Origin: Candidatus Daviesbacteria bacterium RIFCSPHIGHO2_12_FULL_37_16
GTDB lineage: Bacteria; Patescibacteriota; Microgenomatia; Daviesbacterales; UBA10151
DNA: 64,000 nucleotides
Direction: 5' to 3'
Assembly (NCBI GenBank): GCA_001776785.1
Contig: MFDF01000002.1
Coordinates: 6,894 to 70,893 of the forward strand
Part shown: positions 10,181 to 20,394 of the stretch, piece by piece
How positions within the stretch are numbered: position 1 is the first letter of the stretch
How the letters are laid out: the number at the start of each line of letters is the position of its first letter
Notes under the pieces: generated by a model
Database searches by the model: none
Told to the model about the DNA's origin: nothing
The model's input: only the letters and a program-made list of their open reading frames with translations
Translations under genes and position numbers: made by a program

Positions 10181-10969
10181 ATGAAGAATGAGGCATGTGT
10201 TTTAGGGTTTGGGGTAGTTGGAGGAGCTACTGCAAAAGCTTTAAAAATTAAATTCCATTATGATATTGATCCCTCAAAATCAAACATAAATTTTAATAAT
10301 TTAAAAAAATACCGGTTAATTTTTGTTTGTCTGCCAACCCCAATTCAAAAAAATAAAAAATATAAACTTAATCACATAAGTTCAATCATTAAAAAAATAG
10401 AAAAGCTTGGAGGAGAACCAATCTATATAATAAGATCAACAGTTTTTCCAGGGTTTGCAAAAAAATTACAGGAACAGTTAAGAACTGAAAGAATTGTATC
10501 TAATCCGGAGTTTTTGTCAGAAAAAACTGCTTATAAAGATACAAAGTATCCCCCTTTTTTGTTAGTAGGGGGTTCAAGTGGAAAATATACAAAAATAGTA
10601 GTTGATTTTTTGAGAAGATATGTTAAAGCCCCATTGATACTGACTGATAATACTTCTGCAGAACTGGGAAAACTGGCAATGAATTCTTATTTTGCAATCA
10701 AAGTAATATTTGCAAATCAACTTTATGATATTGCTGCAAACATTGATGCTGATTATGACTCTGTTAAAAAAATACTGGAGTCCCACCCATTTGGTCCGAA
10801 TAATCATTTTAAGGTTTGGTTTAATGATAAAAGAGGAGTAAGGGGTAATTGTCTGCCTAAAGATTCGGCTGTATTTTCAAATTTTGCTGGGTCAGACCTT
10901 GTTAGAAAAGCTGTAAGTTTAAACAAAAAGTATATAAACATAAAACCCCAAAGTGAAAAAGACCTTTAA
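10181..10969 (+). CDS. UDP-glucose/GDP-mannose dehydrogenase family protein lacking the C-terminal domain
   Basis: GFGVVG Rossmann motif, CLPTP, RSTVFPG, SNPEFL, AELGKLAMN, GNCLPKD (catalytic Cys); only 262 aa. Confidence 0.8.
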   Translation: MKNEACVLGFGVVGGATAKALKIKFHYDIDPSKSNINFNNLKKYRLIFVCLPTPIQKNKKYKLNHISSIIKKIEKLGGEPIYIIRSTVFPGFAKKLQEQLRTERIVSNPEFLSEKTAYKDTKYPPFLLVGGSSGKYTKIVVDFLRRYVKAPLILTDNTSAELGKLAMNSYFAIKVIFANQLYDIAANIDADYDSVKKILESHPFGPNNHFKVWFNDKRGVRGNCLPKDSAVFSNFAGSDLVRKAVSLNKKYINIKPQSEKDL

Positions 10970-11645
10970 ATTTTCAGTTATAATCCCTTTTTTTAATGAA
11001 GAGAAGACAATTGAAAAAATTGTCAGGAAAGTACATGCAAGAAAAGAAGTGGATGAAATAGTACTTATTGATGATGGGAGTAAAGATAGTTCATTTAAAA
11101 AAGCTTCTCGTTTAAACTTAGCAAAGCTAAAAATTTTTCAGCATAAAAAAAATAAAGGAAAAGGTGCTGCAATGCTGACAGGATTAAGGAAAGCATCCGG
11201 CGATGTTTTATTATTTCAGGATGCGGATTTAGAATGTTTTCCATCTGATTATCCTAAGCTTTTAAAACCTCTTTTAGAGTGTGATGCGGATTTTGTAATT
11301 GGGACCAGATGGGAAAACCATAATGGTTATTTTTTAGCCCAAATGGGAAACAGGTTATTAACAACTATTATTAATGTTTTGTTTTTTACAAACTATAGGG
11401 ATGCATACTGTGGATATAAACTTGCACGGAAAGAAATATTTACAAATTTAGGCTTAAGCAGTAAAGGTTTTGAGATAGAGGGAGAGATTGCTTCCAAGGT
11501 TGCTCTAAAAAGGCTAAGAATGGAGCAGGTAAATGTAAAATACAAACCAAGAAGTTATAAAGAGGGAAAGAAGATAAATTATAAAGATGTTTTTAAAGGA
11601 ATGAAGAAAATTATGGAAGTTAGAACTGGAAGCTTACTTTCTTAA
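10953..11645 (+). CDS. GT2 polyprenol-phosphate glycosyltransferase (DPM1/ArnC-like)
   Basis: NKGKGAA, FQDADLE, VIGTR, DAYCGYK, GFEIEGEI, YKPRSYKEGKKI. Confidence 0.85.
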   Translation: MKKTFKFSVIIPFFNEEKTIEKIVRKVHARKEVDEIVLIDDGSKDSSFKKASRLNLAKLKIFQHKKNKGKGAAMLTGLRKASGDVLLFQDADLECFPSDYPKLLKPLLECDADFVIGTRWENHNGYFLAQMGNRLLTTIINVLFFTNYRDAYCGYKLARKEIFTNLGLSSKGFEIEGEIASKVALKRLRMEQVNVKYKPRSYKEGKKINYKDVFKGMKKIMEVRTGSLLS

Positions 11646-13211
11646 TTTGTAGATAATTAATGTTCCATCCTGAGTATTAGTTGAATATATTTTCTCCAAA
11701 TTTGAGTGGTTAAAACTATTATTAAAAAGTGGTGCCAATTCTTTTTCTCCTGCTAATTCCCTCTCCCAGGCTATTAAAAGATCAGCATTTTTTTCCAGCC
11801 CATAATTTACTACATTGTTGACACTGGTCTGTGGAATGTAGATAGTCTCCCCATTTGTATAGAACTCAAAAACTTCATGGCGGGCCATTATTTTGGGGTT
11901 TTTATCAGTGTTTTTGGTTATCCAGTCAGATATTTCAAGTATTTCGGGCCGGTAATTTATATTGTTTATGCTTTTAATGAGTGAGTAATCGATATTGAAT
12001 AATTCAGATCTTAAGGTAGAAGGAAAAAATAAGGTTAAAAGAAAAGGTATAATCAGCAGGTATTTATTTCTAAAGATTTTTTTTACTAAAAAAAGAAACC
12101 CAAAGTAATAAAGAAATATTACTATTGGAATAGTCCAAAACAAGTATCTGATATCGGGGATAGCGGTTGAGAATACAGTTATTGGGATAGTAGTGGTAAA
12201 TACAAATAAAGTGAAAGTTAAAGGCCAAAATAATTTTTTATCTGCAATATTTAATAATCCCAGCCCGGCAATCATAAAAAACCACAAAGGAAAAATCTCT
12301 AATGCAACTTGAGTCCATTTGTTTAATTTTTGAAAAAACCAGATGCGGTACTTATTGAAATTATCCAGGATATATTCTGTACTGTCTTTGAAATAATCCG
12401 ACTGATAATTTGGGTTTTTAACTGATACAACCTCTTGGGACCAGGTTGTGTTGTTTTTAAAAGAAAATGCATGATCCTGCTGTATTTGGGCATTAAATTT
12501 TTGTGACAAGGTCCAATATCCAAGTTTATTTTTCATAACATAAATATAAGGACTTATTGTTACTATAAAGATTGCTATAAATAATGGTACAAATAAAAAA
12601 TTTTTAAATAAGAGTTTTTTTCTAAAAATTTGAGCAGATAAGAAAAAAATCAGGAATGACAGATAGACTGCAAAGAATAAAGTTCCCTCTGACCTGGTTA
12701 AAAAAGCCAAGCCGCAAAGAAACGAGGATAAAAATAAGAGTTTTGAGTATCTTTGAAAATCCCAAAATGCAAAAAACATACAGACAAACGAGAAAACAAT
12801 TAAAAAAGCTGCAAGAGCGTCTGTTTGAGGGAATAAAGCAATTTGAAGAATATTTAAGTTCAAAATGATTGTAACTAAGAAAAAGACAGATGAAACTGAT
12901 CCTATGATTTTTTTAGATAAAAAGAAAAGAGGCAGAAGCATTAAAGTTATTGATAATGCAGAAACCATCCTCAAAGAAATTTCCCAATTTTTTATGAATA
13001 GAAAAACTAAAGCAGAAAGAATAGGATAAAGGGGAGGCCATGCTGGGTGAAATATTAAACTATATTTTCCTTCCAGAAAAAAGCGGGCGAGGCTTGCATA
13101 AATTGCATCGTCCGAAAAAAAGGTCAGATTTGTGTTTAATATAAGGTATATTAGGAAAGACTGATAAATTATAAGAATTAAAATTAGGACTACGTGTTGT
13201 TTTTGTACCAT
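11634..13211 (-). CDS. GT-C (ArnT/PMT-like) membrane glycosyltransferase
   Basis: FSDDAIY after TM1, WPPLYP, LAFLTRSEG, about 11 TM segments. Confidence 0.8.
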   Translation of the reverse strand: MVQKQHVVLILILIIYQSFLIYLILNTNLTFFSDDAIYASLARFFLEGKYSLIFHPAWPPLYPILSALVFLFIKNWEISLRMVSALSITLMLLPLFFLSKKIIGSVSSVFFLVTIILNLNILQIALFPQTDALAAFLIVFSFVCMFFAFWDFQRYSKLLFLSSFLCGLAFLTRSEGTLFFAVYLSFLIFFLSAQIFRKKLLFKNFLFVPLFIAIFIVTISPYIYVMKNKLGYWTLSQKFNAQIQQDHAFSFKNNTTWSQEVVSVKNPNYQSDYFKDSTEYILDNFNKYRIWFFQKLNKWTQVALEIFPLWFFMIAGLGLLNIADKKLFWPLTFTLFVFTTTIPITVFSTAIPDIRYLFWTIPIVIFLYYFGFLFLVKKIFRNKYLLIIPFLLTLFFPSTLRSELFNIDYSLIKSINNINYRPEILEISDWITKNTDKNPKIMARHEVFEFYTNGETIYIPQTSVNNVVNYGLEKNADLLIAWERELAGEKELAPLFNNSFNHSNLEKIYSTNTQDGTLIIYKLRK

Positions 13212-14146
13212 TCTATTGTTTTCTGCAGACCTTCTTCCAGAGTGATATTACATGAGTAATTGGCAAGACTTAAAAGTTTTGTATCATCAGGAATCCTGAA
13301 TTTTGGTTCTTCAAAGTCCTTTGGGTTTTTTATAAAAACTATCTTTGATTTTGAGTTTGTAATTGAAATTATAGTCTTGGCTAATTTTAATATTGATATG
13401 GGTTGAGGCCTGCCAATGTTTATTACTTCACCAGACGCTTTTCGAGTTGCAGATATTTTTATTAGTGCATTGATTGTGTCATCGATAAAGGTGAAAGAGC
13501 GGATTTGTTTACCATCCCCAAAAATTGTAACATTTTCTTTTTTTAAAGCCTGGGTAATGAATTTTGGGATCACATTTGAATAAACCGGATTTTGTGAACG
13601 GGGACCGTAAACATTAAACAGTCTTGCAGCAGATCCACAAAACCCAAGTTTTGAGTAGCTTAAGATGAGGTGTTCTTCCAAAAGTTTTGCAGTAGCGTAC
13701 CACCATCTGGTTATATGAGGAGGTCCAAAAACACTATCAGTAGTATTTTCTGAAAAAATTTTTGCAGGATTTTTACCATAACATTCTGAAGAAGAAGCAT
13801 AGACTAACTGCTTTTTGTACCTAAAGGCATCTTCGATGATATATGATGATGATCGGCTATTGGTATGGATTCCCAGAATTGGATTTTCCAAAACATTGGA
13901 AACACCCACAACTGCTGCCAGGTGAAAGATTAAATCAGATTGTCTGATTAATTTTTTGATTAAATTTAAATTATTGATATCTCCTTTTATAAAAGTAAAC
14001 TTTTTATTTTTAAAATACCCATTAATGTTTTTTCTTAAGCCTGTGGATAGGTTATCTAAACATACAACTTTATGGTTTTGATCTAAAAGCTTATCTATTA
14101 AGTGTGAGCCTATAAAACCTGCTCCTCCTGTAACTAAAATATTCAT
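13190..14146 (-). CDS. NAD-dependent epimerase/dehydratase, UDP-glucuronate decarboxylase-like
   Basis: ILVTGGAGFIGSH, HLAAVVGV, ASSSECYGK, RWWYATAK (YxxxK), RLFNVYGP, GDGKQIRSF. Start moved to the ATG at 14146. Confidence 0.85.
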   Translation of the reverse strand: MNILVTGGAGFIGSHLIDKLLDQNHKVVCLDNLSTGLRKNINGYFKNKKFTFIKGDINNLNLIKKLIRQSDLIFHLAAVVGVSNVLENPILGIHTNSRSSSYIIEDAFRYKKQLVYASSSECYGKNPAKIFSENTTDSVFGPPHITRWWYATAKLLEEHLILSYSKLGFCGSAARLFNVYGPRSQNPVYSNVIPKFITQALKKENVTIFGDGKQIRSFTFIDDTINALIKISATRKASGEVINIGRPQPISILKLAKTIISITNSKSKIVFIKNPKDFEEPKFRIPDDTKLLSLANYSCNITLEEGLQKTIEWYKNNT

Positions 14147-14199
14147 TCTCAACTTATACACAAATTGCAAATATGATTGCAAGCTCTTACACTATATAT

Positions 14200-14838
14200 A
14201 TGCTGTATCTTGAGCATATTAAGCTTTCAAGCAGGGGATTAGAATTTACTGATAAAAATGGGAAGGGGTTGAGTGTCGGACAAGCTTTGGCTAAAGCTCT
14301 TAATAGAGTCTATAATTACTTTTTAGATATGGATTTGTTAATACTTAGGATTATAAGTTTTGTACCATTCCACTTTATAAGATGGTTTTTTTATAGCTTA
14401 GCTGGTGTAAAAATTGGGAAGGGTGCACATATACATATTGGAACGCAATTTTATAATCCCCGGGGTGTAAGTATTGGTGAAGGGTCAATTGTTGGTCAAA
14501 ATGCTTTTTTGGATGGTCGGGATAAGCTAAATATAGGAAAATCTGTTGATATTGCATCTGATGTGATGATTTATAACAGTGAGCATGATATAAATAGTGA
14601 AACTTTTGAGGCAACTTCTGCGCCTGTTGAGATAGGTGATTATGTTTTTATTGGTCCCAGAACAATTATTTTGCCGGGAGTAACAATAGGAAAAGGCGCT
14701 GTTGTTGGTGCAGGTGCAGTTGTAACTAAAGATGTTGAGGAGTTTAAAATAGTTGGGGGAGTACCAGCACAAGTAATTGGTGAACGAAATTTAAAAGACC
14801 CTCACTACCATTTAGGTAGGCCAAGGCTGTTCCAATAA
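14200..14838 (+). CDS. Hexapeptide-repeat (LbH) O-acetyltransferase
   Basis: Hexapeptide repeats, ILPGVTIGKGAVVGAGAVVTKDV, VGGVPA. The ATG at 14200 lies 6 nt after TACACT. Confidence 0.9.
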   Translation: MLYLEHIKLSSRGLEFTDKNGKGLSVGQALAKALNRVYNYFLDMDLLILRIISFVPFHFIRWFFYSLAGVKIGKGAHIHIGTQFYNPRGVSIGEGSIVGQNAFLDGRDKLNIGKSVDIASDVMIYNSEHDINSETFEATSAPVEIGDYVFIGPRTIILPGVTIGKGAVVGAGAVVTKDVEEFKIVGGVPAQVIGERNLKDPHYHLGRPRLFQ

Positions 14839-15429
14839 ATGAATAAATTCAAATTTAATTTTAGAAAGAACTGGTTTCTACTAGCAATTTTTTTATTAGG
14901 TTTGGTTTATGTTTTAGTGCCTGGTCCTGAAAGTATTTATGAGGTGCCTGCAGTTCCATATTCTTTAAAATCTATTCAGGAGGGAGATACTTTTCAGAAT
15001 AAAAATATAGCAGCGTACTACACAAATTATAGAAGAGCTTTTTTAACATTCTTCTATAAGTCTTATTTTGAAAAACAACTTATTCCTGGTTTACCCATAC
15101 CTTTAATTACTTTAAACCATCCTCCTGAGCTAGCTGGGGTTTATGTCAGAGACCAGCAGGAAAGTACGTTTTTAGAAGAATACACCAGGCCACTGCGGGA
15201 ATCACTTTTTGTAAATGGTTATGAGCCTTTGGTTGAAAATTTTATAAGAAGGAGACAGGCTGATAAATTAGGTAATAATATTATCTATAATGGTGAGCTC
15301 TATGCCACAAAAACAACAGTAAGGTATTATCCAACATTGGCAATTTTTAGAGTATTAGTTTATTTAGGAATTTGGGCAGCAGGAATTTACCTTTATAGAC
15401 TTTTTAGGAGTGTACAAAAGAAATACTGA
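14839..15429 (+). CDS. Hypothetical membrane protein (N- and C-terminal TM)
   Basis: Abuts both neighbours; two hydrophobic segments; no recognised motif. Confidence 0.7.
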   Translation: MNKFKFNFRKNWFLLAIFLLGLVYVLVPGPESIYEVPAVPYSLKSIQEGDTFQNKNIAAYYTNYRRAFLTFFYKSYFEKQLIPGLPIPLITLNHPPELAGVYVRDQQESTFLEEYTRPLRESLFVNGYEPLVENFIRRRQADKLGNNIIYNGELYATKTTVRYYPTLAIFRVLVYLGIWAAGIYLYRLFRSVQKKY

Positions 15430-16328
15430 TGTCTGTTACTGTAAGCATGATCAGTTTTAATACAAAAGATTTAACAAAAAATTTAGTTAGCCAGCTTTTA
15501 GAGCAGGATTATAAGGGCAGGTTAGAGATAGTGGTTATTGATAATAATTCATCAGATGGTTCAGCTGAGCTGCTTGAAGAAGAATTTAAAGGAGAAATTA
15601 AAGTTATTAAAAATGAGGTAAATTTAGGTTTTGCAATAGCCCAAAATCAAATTTTGAAAAATATTAAGACAGATTTTGCAGTAGTTTTAAATCCTGATAC
15701 AAGTATTCCTAAAAACTTAATTTCTGCAATGATAAAGTTTATGGATGAAAATGCTAAGTGCGGAGTTGCCAGCTGCAAAATCTTAGGATTTGATGGAGTT
15801 CTTCATTCAAATGGTGGGGATTTTCCAGAAGGGTTAGCACTCTACAGCTGGCTTTTTAATTTAGAAGTATTAGGGGTTAAGAAAAATTTCCATAGAAGTG
15901 AAAAACCTTATTTTGAGAAACCTCATAAAGTAGACTGGGTTGGTGGAACATTTATGATTATAAGGAAAGAAGTTTTAGAAAAGACTGGTGGGTTTAATGA
16001 GGATTATTTTATGTATTTTGAGGATGTTGAATTTTGTTATTTAGTGAATAAAAAAGGTTTTGAAGTTTGGATTAATCCGGCAGTAGAGATTAAGCACAAA
16101 AGCGGTGCTAGCTCAGATGATCCAAATTTCAAACAATGGTGTGGTGAATTTAAAGGGGTTATTAATTTTTATAAAAAAACTTTATTTAATAGAATGGCTG
16201 GATTGCTGGCATCAATGTTTATTAAAATATTTATTTATATAAGTACAATTCTAAGGATTTTAGCATTTATCGCCTTAGGCAGGTTTAATACTGCCAAAAC
16301 ATATGGAAAAGTTTTTATCAGTATTTAA
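15429..16328 (+). CDS. Glycosyltransferase family 2 (WbbL/rhamnosyltransferase-like)
   Basis: IDNNSSDGS, NLGFA, LNPD, VDWVGG, FMYFEDVEFC. Confidence 0.9.
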   Translation: MSVTVSMISFNTKDLTKNLVSQLLEQDYKGRLEIVVIDNNSSDGSAELLEEEFKGEIKVIKNEVNLGFAIAQNQILKNIKTDFAVVLNPDTSIPKNLISAMIKFMDENAKCGVASCKILGFDGVLHSNGGDFPEGLALYSWLFNLEVLGVKKNFHRSEKPYFEKPHKVDWVGGTFMIIRKEVLEKTGGFNEDYFMYFEDVEFCYLVNKKGFEVWINPAVEIKHKSGASSDDPNFKQWCGEFKGVINFYKKTLFNRMAGLLASMFIKIFIYISTILRILAFIALGRFNTAKTYGKVFISI

Positions 16329-17736
16329 AGAAAAATACTATTTTTATTTAGTATTAATTTTAGTGGTGTTTATACCTATTTATCCAAAATTGCCTTTAAT
16401 TGGTGTGGGAGGAACATATGTATCTATTAGGGCTGAAGATTTTTTTATATTTTTAACAGGTTTGCTTTGGTTTGTATTTTACTATAAGGATCTAAGGAAA
16501 TATTTAAAACAGCCTATTTACCAGGCTTTTATTTTATTTTGGTCAATAGGACTTTTGTCTTTAATCTCTGCATTTACAATTACTTATTTTATTCAGCCAC
16601 ATCTTGGGATTTTGCATTGGCTTAGAAGAATAGAATACATGTCACTTTTTATAATTGCTGCAACCACTATTAAGTCAGTTGATCAGATTAAATTAATTTT
16701 GAAAGTGTTTTTAGCAGCAACAGTATTTATAATTTTATATGGATTTGGTCAGCAGTGGTTAAATTTTCCGGTTATATCTACTACTAATAGAGAGTTTTCA
16801 AAAGGACTTATATTATTTTTAACCCCTGAGGCAAGGGTTAATTCTACTTTTGCAGGGCACTATGATTTAGCTGCTTATTTAACTGTAGTTTTAGTAATAC
16901 TCAGCAGCTTGTTTTTTTTCTATAAATCTTTGAGGTCCAAACTAATTGTTGGAAGTATAGGTCTTTTAAGTTTTGTACTGCTTGGTATGACTGCTGCCAG
17001 GGCATCATTTGCAGCAGTTTTGGCAGGAATTGCATTAAGTTTTTGGCTAAACCAAAAAAAAATGTTAATTATTGTCTTGTTTGTTTTGGCATTAAGTACT
17101 GTGGCAGTAATCCCAGATCTCAGACATAGGTTGGTGGCCACAATTACTGTTAATTTATTAGGAGGGGGAGGGCCAAAATATACCCTGCCTGAGGGGGTTT
17201 CAGTTGACCCTTCAAAAAGGTTGACTGAGGAGGAAAGAGTGAAGGTTTTGGAGCAGGTAGTCTCTACAGGAGGGTATAGCACTGAAAATATTGCTACTGT
17301 TGCCTCAGATATTGCCCCTGGTGAACCAATCAATTCAACTGAACTTGGAGTCTACAGGTCATATGGGATAAGACTTGATGTTGAGTGGCCAAGGGCTTTA
17401 AGAGCATTCTATAAAAATCCATTCCTGGGGACAGGATATTCTTCTCTTTCTATTGCAACAGATAACGATATTCTAAGATCATTAGGGGAAGTTGGCCTTT
17501 TGGGAACACTAGCACTTTTTTTAATTTTCTGGATTCTTTTTAAGAATTTCTGGAAATTTTTAAGAAAAAGTCAGGGATTTGAAAGATTTTACATTGTAGG
17601 AATTATCTGTTCTGTATTTGGTCTTCTTTTAACCAGCTTATTTATTGATTTATTTGAGGCTTCTAAAATTGCTACTTTGATGTGGTTTTTCTTAGGAGTG
17701 ACTTGGGCAATGGTTAGAAATTACCGAGATGATTAA
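16303..17736 (+). CDS. O-antigen ligase/polymerase (Wzy_C/WaaL-like) membrane protein
   Basis: RVNSTF, TAARAS, R..WPRAL...NPFLGTG, DNDILRSLGEVGLLG, many TM segments. Confidence 0.8.
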   Translation: MEKFLSVFKEKYYFYLVLILVVFIPIYPKLPLIGVGGTYVSIRAEDFFIFLTGLLWFVFYYKDLRKYLKQPIYQAFILFWSIGLLSLISAFTITYFIQPHLGILHWLRRIEYMSLFIIAATTIKSVDQIKLILKVFLAATVFIILYGFGQQWLNFPVISTTNREFSKGLILFLTPEARVNSTFAGHYDLAAYLTVVLVILSSLFFFYKSLRSKLIVGSIGLLSFVLLGMTAARASFAAVLAGIALSFWLNQKKMLIIVLFVLALSTVAVIPDLRHRLVATITVNLLGGGGPKYTLPEGVSVDPSKRLTEEERVKVLEQVVSTGGYSTENIATVASDIAPGEPINSTELGVYRSYGIRLDVEWPRALRAFYKNPFLGTGYSSLSIATDNDILRSLGEVGLLGTLALFLIFWILFKNFWKFLRKSQGFERFYIVGIICSVFGLLLTSLFIDLFEASKIATLMWFFLGVTWAMVRNYRDD

Positions 17737-19207
17737 AATTATGAAATTTTTTAAATTACCCATGATCTACTTATTTTTAATATTAGTTTTGGCTTTTAGT
17801 GTCCGCCTTTATAAATTGGACAGTCCTGTTGCCGATTGGCATTCCTGGAGACAGGCGGATACTGCAGCAGTTTCCAGGAATTTTTACAAAGAAGGTTTCA
17901 ATCCATTTTATCCTAAATATGACGATATGTCCGGTGTGGCAGAGATACCTAATGTAAACACAGAAAGATACAGATTTGTAGAGTTTCCCATTTATAACTC
18001 TTTGGTTTATTTTGCTTATTTAGTAAATGGTGGAGTTGACGAAAGATTAGCAAGACTTGTTTCTATTATATTTTCTTTAGGGTCTTTGGTATTTGTATCT
18101 TTAATCACTAAAAAATATTTCGGGTTGTTAACTTCTTTGGTTGCAGCATTTTTATTTGCTGTTTTGCCATTCAATATATTTTTTTCAAGAGTAATTTTAC
18201 CTGAACCAAGCTTAATTTTTTTTAGCCTGGGTATGTTCTACTTTGTAGATAGATGGATTTTTGAACAAAAGTTTTGGTTATATATTTTTGGGGTTTTGTT
18301 TACAGCATTAGCATTATTGACCAAACCAATGGCAATATTTTATCTACTGCCTCTTATTTATTCATACTTAAAAAAAGAATCAAGGCTTTTTCCTATTCCT
18401 GATAAGTATCTATTGCTATTGATTCCTGCTGTAATTCCTTTTTTAATTTGGAGGATGTGGATGTGGCAGCATCCAGAGGGAGTTCCTGCATCCAGCTGGC
18501 TATTTAATGGGAATGATATAAGGTTTAGGCCAGCATTCTGGTGGTGGATACTGCAGGACAGGTTTGGGAGGGAGATTTTGTCTGTTGCAGGGTCAATACT
18601 TTTTGCAATTGGTTTGTTTGTAAAGCCTAAACCTAAAGAAGGAATGCTTTTGCATTTGCTTGCACTATTTTCTTTTATTTATTTGATAGTTTTTGCAACA
18701 GGGAATGTGACTCATGATTATTACCAAACATTTATAGTGCCTGCACTGGTTATATTTACTGCCAGAGGTTTTGTACTTTTACTTGAAGGGGTTCCTTCAT
18801 TCATTCCAAGGCTTTGGACCATTCCTTTTGCACTGCTTCTTTTGCCTTTGATGATTTATTTTGGCTGGAGAGAGATTAAAGGTTTATACCAGATTAATAA
18901 TGGAGTAATTGTGGAGGCAGGCAAATATGCAGATAAAATATTACCCAAAGATGCAAAAGTTTTAGCGCCATATGGGGGTGATACATCTTTTTTGTACCAG
19001 ATAAACAGACCTGGTTTTCCTTATGTTTATTTACCAGTAGATGAAATGGTTAAAAAATATAAACTGACACACTATGTTTCTGTTAATAGGGATGATAATA
19101 CTAACTTTGTTTTAAAAAACTACAAAATAATTGAAGATAATCCAAAGTTTGTAATTGCGGATCTAAGAGAAAAGGTTAATAGTCAAGTTCAGGATGACAA
19201 GAAATGA
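17729..19207 (+). CDS. GT-C (GT39/ArnT-like) membrane glycosyltransferase
   Basis: HSWRQADTA, EFPIY, LLTKP, HDYYQ, many TM segments. Confidence 0.8.
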   Translation: MIKIMKFFKLPMIYLFLILVLAFSVRLYKLDSPVADWHSWRQADTAAVSRNFYKEGFNPFYPKYDDMSGVAEIPNVNTERYRFVEFPIYNSLVYFAYLVNGGVDERLARLVSIIFSLGSLVFVSLITKKYFGLLTSLVAAFLFAVLPFNIFFSRVILPEPSLIFFSLGMFYFVDRWIFEQKFWLYIFGVLFTALALLTKPMAIFYLLPLIYSYLKKESRLFPIPDKYLLLLIPAVIPFLIWRMWMWQHPEGVPASSWLFNGNDIRFRPAFWWWILQDRFGREILSVAGSILFAIGLFVKPKPKEGMLLHLLALFSFIYLIVFATGNVTHDYYQTFIVPALVIFTARGFVLLLEGVPSFIPRLWTIPFALLLLPLMIYFGWREIKGLYQINNGVIVEAGKYADKILPKDAKVLAPYGGDTSFLYQINRPGFPYVYLPVDEMVKKYKLTHYVSVNRDDNTNFVLKNYKIIEDNPKFVIADLREKVNSQVQDDKK

Positions 19208-20394
19208 AAATACTAATGCTAACTCCTTATCTTCCGTATCCTCCGTCTTCTGGCGGACAAATCCGCTCATATAACCTTATTAAACAGCTATCTAAAAAAC
19301 ACAAGATAACTCTTTTTTCATTGATAAAATCTGATGAAGAGAAAAAATATGTAGACAACTTAAAAAAGTACTGCCAAGATGTGCATGTTTTTAAAAGGCC
19401 AGAAAAACCATGGACACTGCGAAATATTGTTAGGACCGGATTATCTTTACATCCTTTTTTGGTTGTCAGAAATTATTCCTATCATGAAAAAGCTGCAGTT
19501 GAAAAAATCTTAGCTGAGGAAGAGTTTGATTTGATACATGCTGAAACTTTTTATGTAAGTCCTCACATTCCTGTAACAAAAATACCCGTAGTTTTAGTTG
19601 AGCAGACAATTGAGTATCAGGTATATTCCCACTTTGTGCAAAATTTTTGGATATTGCCTTTAAGACCTATTCTTTTAATAGATGTTTTAAAAATTAAGTA
19701 TTGGGAAACATATTATTGGAAAAAAGCATCCAGAGTAGTAGCAGTATCTGAGCGGGATGCTAAAGTCATGAGATATTTATCTAAGGGACTTGATGTAACA
19801 GTAGTGCCAAATGGAGTAGGTGAGGATTTAATAGAAGAAAATGGGATCCATTTTAACAAAAAAATTTTGTTTATGGGAAATTATGCCTGGCTGCAAAATG
19901 TGGAGGCTGCAAGAGTTTTAGCAAGGAAGATTTTTCCTAAAATTTTAGAAAAAGTACCTGATGCGCAGCTTTTAATTGCTGGTCAAAATACAGAAAAAAT
20001 TTCAAAGCTGGAAAGTAAAAATATTGAGCTTCTGGATTTGAAAATTGATGATATTGATGGAGTAAAAAGAGCATATAAAGAAAGCGGGATTTTGGTGGCG
20101 CCTTTGTACGGACCTGGCGGGACAAGACTTAAAATTTTGGGGGCAATGGCTGCAGGTTTACCTGTTGTAACGACTGAAGTTGGTATTGAAGGGATTGATG
20201 CTAAGGAGAATGAAAGTGTTTTAATAGGTAAAGACTATGCTGGTTTGGCAAAACAGGCAATAAAATTGTTAGAAGACAAAGATTTTTATGAAAAAGTGTC
20301 AAAAAATGCAAGAATTTTAGTAGAAGAAAATTATAGTTATGAATCGATAGCTAAAAAGCTAGACCAGGTTTACCAGGAGGTTTCTAATGGATAA
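19204..20394 (+). CDS. Glycosyltransferase family 4
   Basis: PYPPSSGGQIR, VPNGV, APLYGPGGTRLKILGAMAAGLPVV. Confidence 0.9.
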   Translation: MKILMLTPYLPYPPSSGGQIRSYNLIKQLSKKHKITLFSLIKSDEEKKYVDNLKKYCQDVHVFKRPEKPWTLRNIVRTGLSLHPFLVVRNYSYHEKAAVEKILAEEEFDLIHAETFYVSPHIPVTKIPVVLVEQTIEYQVYSHFVQNFWILPLRPILLIDVLKIKYWETYYWKKASRVVAVSERDAKVMRYLSKGLDVTVVPNGVGEDLIEENGIHFNKKILFMGNYAWLQNVEAARVLARKIFPKILEKVPDAQLLIAGQNTEKISKLESKNIELLDLKIDDIDGVKRAYKESGILVAPLYGPGGTRLKILGAMAAGLPVVTTEVGIEGIDAKENESVLIGKDYAGLAKQAIKLLEDKDFYEKVSKNARILVEENYSYESIAKKLDQVYQEVSNG

